From an uncultured Acidobacteriota bacterium (GTDB lineage Bacteria; Acidobacteriota; Blastocatellia; RBC074): a DNA stretch of 64,000 nucleotides. The position numbers and the translations under genes are program-made. The notes beneath the pieces are model-generated. The model was not told the origin of the DNA. It searched no databases and saw only the letters and a program-made list of their open reading frames with translations. Below are positions 61,301-64,000 of the stretch, piece by piece. The stretch lies in assembly GCA_963796275.1 (NCBI GenBank), contig CAWCKY010000004.1, forward strand, positions 1-64,000. The letters are read 5' to 3'. The first letter of the stretch is position 1, and each line of letters starts with the position of its first letter.

Positions 61301-61858
61301 CGCCTCGTGCAAAGCGCGGTCATTCTCATCCGCGGCGCGCAGCTCCTCGATCCAAATCTCATAGTCTCCTGCCGGCGCCTGCTTCTGCCCTGGCCGTACT
61401 GTCAGCCCATAGGCACCTGACGATTCGGCTACATGCGACAACAATTCCTGTCCCTGGCTCCTGCCTTCCATGTCGAACTCCGCGATCTGCTCGCCGCCTG
61501 GTCCTGACAGTCGCGCCACAACGTCAATGCCTTGCTGCTCGATGATCACCTTCAGATATTGACCGGCGCTCAGCCTGATCTGATAAGTTTGGCTATGATC
61601 ACCCGCCAATTCGCGTTTAATGGGTTGGCCAGGCTCAAGCAGAAGCGCCTCTTTCTCATTATCGGCTTTGCTGCTGGCATCACGCGGCGCTTGAGTTGGC
61701 TGTTGGCCAGGTCTCGCGAGTATGTACCCCAAAGTGTTCACCGAGAGAGCTATGGCCAATGAGCAGAAGAACAGGCAAAGGGATTTAGCCAAGCTTTGAG
61801 ATGTGAACTGCTGGTTAGGTCCGTTTAAAGCTGAGTCGGGTCGGCTTCGATCAGTCAT
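58382..61858 (-). CDS. PPC-like + TPR + CHAT (caspase-like) protease
   Basis: N-terminal hydrophobic segment, ~9-10 42-aa TPRs (LGPEHPDVA), catalytic HVATHGF and LSACDTG, HPFYWASF. Confidence 0.9.
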   Translation of the reverse strand: MTDRSRPDSALNGPNQQFTSQSLAKSLCLFFCSLAIALSVNTLGYILARPGQQPTQAPRDASSKADNEKEALLLEPGQPIKRELAGDHSQTYQIRLSAGQYLKVIIEQQGIDVVARLSGPGGEQIAEFDMEGRSQGQELLSHVAESSGAYGLTVRPGQKQAPAGDYEIWIEELRAADENDRALHEARKLLQEGLKLIGAGRHGEALPLIERSRGIRERLLGLEHRDAAEVLNVLGNLYWNKGEYAKAEPLYERALAIREKVLGPEHPDVAKTLNNLAVISLHRGEYLKAKQLFQRPLAILEKALGPQHSNVANSLNNLANVYARMGEYAEAESLYQRALAIREKVLGPGHPDVAQSLMNLTLLYRGRGAYTKAEQLGLRALAISEKALGPEHPRVALILHSIAYLYSSKGDYVKAEELYQRALAISEKTLGPDHLDIASTLNNMAQFYFDSGDFEQAERLLRRTVDIREKALGPDDPRVANPLSNLAILYRDRGDYVKAETLFQRAMSIQMKALGPEHPDVAHSMDRLAVLYREKGEYAKAEALFQRALAILENAMGPEHPDVVGFLDNLAALYTAKGDFAQAVKVLSRANSLGERNLTLNLATGSERQILAYLALFSEQTNFTLSLHSQALPQYPQALELAFTTLLRRKGRGLDVMADTIAAARRRAAPEDQTLFDQLAEARSQLAALTLGELGTDKPETYRARLKLREDKVEELESALSARRPEFRTQVQPVTLAAVQEALPSDSALVEFAVYTPRDLRNNKNKMPPRYLAYWLAARGEARWIDLGEAAPIDRAMTAWRRALRNPRRRDVKRLARVVDEQVMRPVLGLAQSGLGDIRRLLIAPDGLLNLVPFAALVDRQGHYLVERYSISYLTSGRELLRTSVDRPGEQRVVIVANPAYGERAAASSGRDIGLPPGSPQSAGALNLSGVFFPPLVGTAGEAQTLKAILPQATVLTREQATEAALKELHGPSILHVATHGFFLRDQKLELVGARDMGAVTVRSVSSSDQPVENPLLRSGLALAGVNRRRGSADHGDDGVLMALETAGLDLWGTKLVVLSACDTGVGEVKNGEGVFGLRRALALAGSETQVMSLWSVSDLGTRELMIEYYKALQHGEGRSDGLRRVQLEMLKRKARQHPFYWASFIQAGEWANLEGKR

Positions 61859-62129
61859 AATTTCACTACTGCACTCGGCGCCGCGAGGGCAATGGTCAAA
61901 CGCACAGGGAAGCGGTTTGTTGAGCAGGGTCTGGAGTCTCAATGAGCGGCCTCGCCCAAGCAAGCAGCCCGAGTTTTATGTCAAAACGAAAGCCCACTTG
62001 GTTTGCGGTTGCAGCGACGCTCTAGAAGGCCAGACTCGCTGACGATGCGGCTGATTACCGACCGGCCGGCCGAGTAGCCAATCTTTTGTGAGACAGTCCA
62101 GCAGACGCTCAAAAAACGAGTTCAAACTT

Positions 62130-62366
62130 CGATTGAGGGGGGAGTGCTATGGTTGAGGGGGAGTGGCCCATTCCGACGGTTAGTAGCAAGTTCGCCTTGG
62201 CCATGGAAGAGGCACTTCGTTTATCTATCACGCCAAACGCCCGAAAGTCAACTTCGATAAGTCGAACGGCAAAACGACTCCGGGCGCAGCGACGTTCGCT
62301 CCACGACATCAGTGCGAGCGGACAATTGCCGGCGGATGCGTTCGGCCAGTCTCTCGTTATATGCCA
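62130..62366 (-). pseudogene. TfoX-like remnant
   Basis: MAYNERLAERIRRQL..DVVE start, then loses frame. Confidence 0.45.
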
Positions 62367-62597
62367 TAAAATCCCTCCAGACCTTGGAATGGGTTGAGAT
62401 CAAAATGCAGCGAGAGGATAGCACAAGCATAGATTGAGTCTCATAGTACTTTCGCCGTTCCAGAACTCGTCACGAAAGACATATACTTCAGATGCGTGGG
62501 AACTGCCCCGATCCAATTAACAGCCGCGCTCCAATATGAATATGCGGTTACTGAAACGGCCGGTTTTTTTCAACGGCCAAACATCGAAGGAAGGGTC

Positions 62598-63299
62598 ATG
62601 AATTTAAATAATGCATCGATACTCGTAACAGGCGGCGCGTCGGGGATTGGACTGGAGACCGCCCGGTTGTTGCTCTCTCAGGGAGCGAAGGTCGCCATCT
62701 GCGGGCGTAACTCAGAAAGACTGGAGAAGGCGGCGGCAAGCGTGGGAGCGCTCCCGATCTGCGCTGATGTAAGCGTGGAAGCGGACGTCAAGCGGATGGT
62801 ACAGACTGTCATCGCGGAATTTGGCGATTACAATGTGCTCGTCAACAACGCAGGGTATGGTTACTTCGCCCCTCTCATCGAACAGGATATGGATCAGTTC
62901 AGCCGCCTGTTTCTGACTAATGTGACTGGCGCGATGCTCGTCGCCCGCGAGTCTGCCCGCTACTTCATCAGCCGCCTACGCGGGAACATCATCAACATTT
63001 CTTCGACCGCGGGGTCGAAAGGATTTCCGGGAGGTACGGCCTATGCGGCCAGTAAGTTTGCGTTGACCGGAATGACCGAATGTTGGCGCGCGGAACTGCG
63101 CAGATACAACATCCGAGTCATGCAGATCAATCCGAGTGAAGTCTTGACCGATTTCTTCCAGGCCGCCGGCATGGAGCAAAAAGCGAGCGAAAGAAAACTC
63201 CGCCCACAGGAGATTGCGCACGCCATCGCCAGCGCGCTTCAGATAGATGATCGAGGGTTCGTTACTGATTTGACAGTCTGGGCAACCAACCCCGATTGA
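62598..63299 (+). CDS. Short-chain dehydrogenase/reductase
   Basis: TGGASGIG, NNAG, YAASK. Confidence 0.92.
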   Translation: MNLNNASILVTGGASGIGLETARLLLSQGAKVAICGRNSERLEKAAASVGALPICADVSVEADVKRMVQTVIAEFGDYNVLVNNAGYGYFAPLIEQDMDQFSRLFLTNVTGAMLVARESARYFISRLRGNIINISSTAGSKGFPGGTAYAASKFALTGMTECWRAELRRYNIRVMQINPSEVLTDFFQAAGMEQKASERKLRPQEIAHAIASALQIDDRGFVTDLTVWATNPD

Positions 63300-63559
63300 A
63301 GCAGCATGCGCGTAAGGATACGGCTGACCGATAAGACGGCTCCGAAGTACGGCCTGAACCGGCCCTCATAGCAATGATGACAAGCTCGATGGCAGAGACA
63401 AGTCGCGACGGCATACACGGCCCACCGCCTCACGATCTTCCAGGCCTGAGTTGGAATTTGCCGGTGGAAAAACCGGTATTCATTGGAATTGCCCCGATTT
63501 AGTGGACAGTTTTGGTCTTGGGTAGTTTATGCCACCCCCTGATATCTCCGTCAGGCGGT

Positions 63560-64000
63560 TCAGTTTTCATTCAACGCGCGCATCGGGTCTTGTTGCGCGG
63601 CGCGGCGCGCGGGCCACAGGATCGCCAACAGGCCGATGACCGCCATCACGCCGCAGGCTGCCGCGAGCGTTACGAGATCGAACGGCGGCACGCCGTGCAA
63701 TTGGCTCGCCAATGTTTGGGCAACAACGGTGGCGGCGAACAAACCGCCGATAATGCCAAGCCCCAAGACCGATCCGCTCTGCCGCAAAAACAGCCGCAGA
63801 ATCGCGCCAGGCGTAGCGCCGAGCGCGATACGAATGGCGACTTCGCGTTCGCGCTGTTGCACGGCATACGCGGTGACGCTATAGATGCCGAGCAAGGCCA
63901 GCAGCGCGGCGAACATGGCAAAGCCTGTCAGCAGTGACATCAGAAAGCGAGGCGCGGCCAAAAGCTTTTCGGCTTCGCGGTCAAGCGTATTTTCGTGACT
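63560..64000 (-). CDS. ADOP/FtsX-family ABC permease, 3' part
   Basis: GIYSV.AYAV.QR.RE.AIRIALGA, PARRAA..DPM.AL. Confidence 0.88.
   Translation of the reverse strand, partial: SHENTLDREAEKLLAAPRFLMSLLTGFAMFAALLALLGIYSVTAYAVQQREREVAIRIALGATPGAILRLFLRQSGSVLGLGIIGGLFAATVVAQTLASQLHGVPPFDLVTLAAACGVMAVIGLLAILWPARRAAQQDPMRALNEN

Overview
Bacterial window, probably Acidobacteriota (ADOP-type permease, PPC-TPR-CHAT, DUF4384-like proteins, Oar-like receptor remnant; taxon is an inference). Four blocks, nearly all on the minus strand. (1) 1-10.7 kb: ABC-dependent polysaccharide/O-antigen locus (wzm, wzt, FkbM methyltransferases, WbdA-like GT4s) with many frameshifts. (2) 10.7-16.3 kb: decayed fragments (IS3, IS21, TonB receptor, RND, DUF1801), two MITE families and two intact genes. 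(3) 16.4-53.2 kb: a ~37 kb lipopeptide NRPS operon: NusG-paralog antiterminator, M28 peptidase, PvdE/SyrD-like exporter, DDAH-like hydrolase, FAAL-ACP-C, two CmlA-like diiron hydroxylases, two TauD-type hydroxylases, five modules (manually read as Arg-Gln-Asn-Ala-Gly), TE and an MbtH fusion. Three consecutive modules use a 'C domain / hydroxylase / dead pseudo-C' hand-off, followed by a probable dehydrating C domain that is split by one in-frame TAA. (4) 53.6-62 kb: TPR-CHAT protease, membrane Ser/Thr kinase, DUF4384-like protein and FHA-GAF sigma54 activator. Between (3) and (4) is a sigma54 promoter with two TATCA-N4-TGATA palindromes and an ops-like element; the whole cassette is duplicated, with an eroded nusG copy, in front of mbtH. 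Best candidate new system: a protease/kinase -> FHA-bEBP -> sigma54 -> antiterminator cascade controlling a multiply hydroxylated lipopeptide. All calls are by eye; no searches were run.
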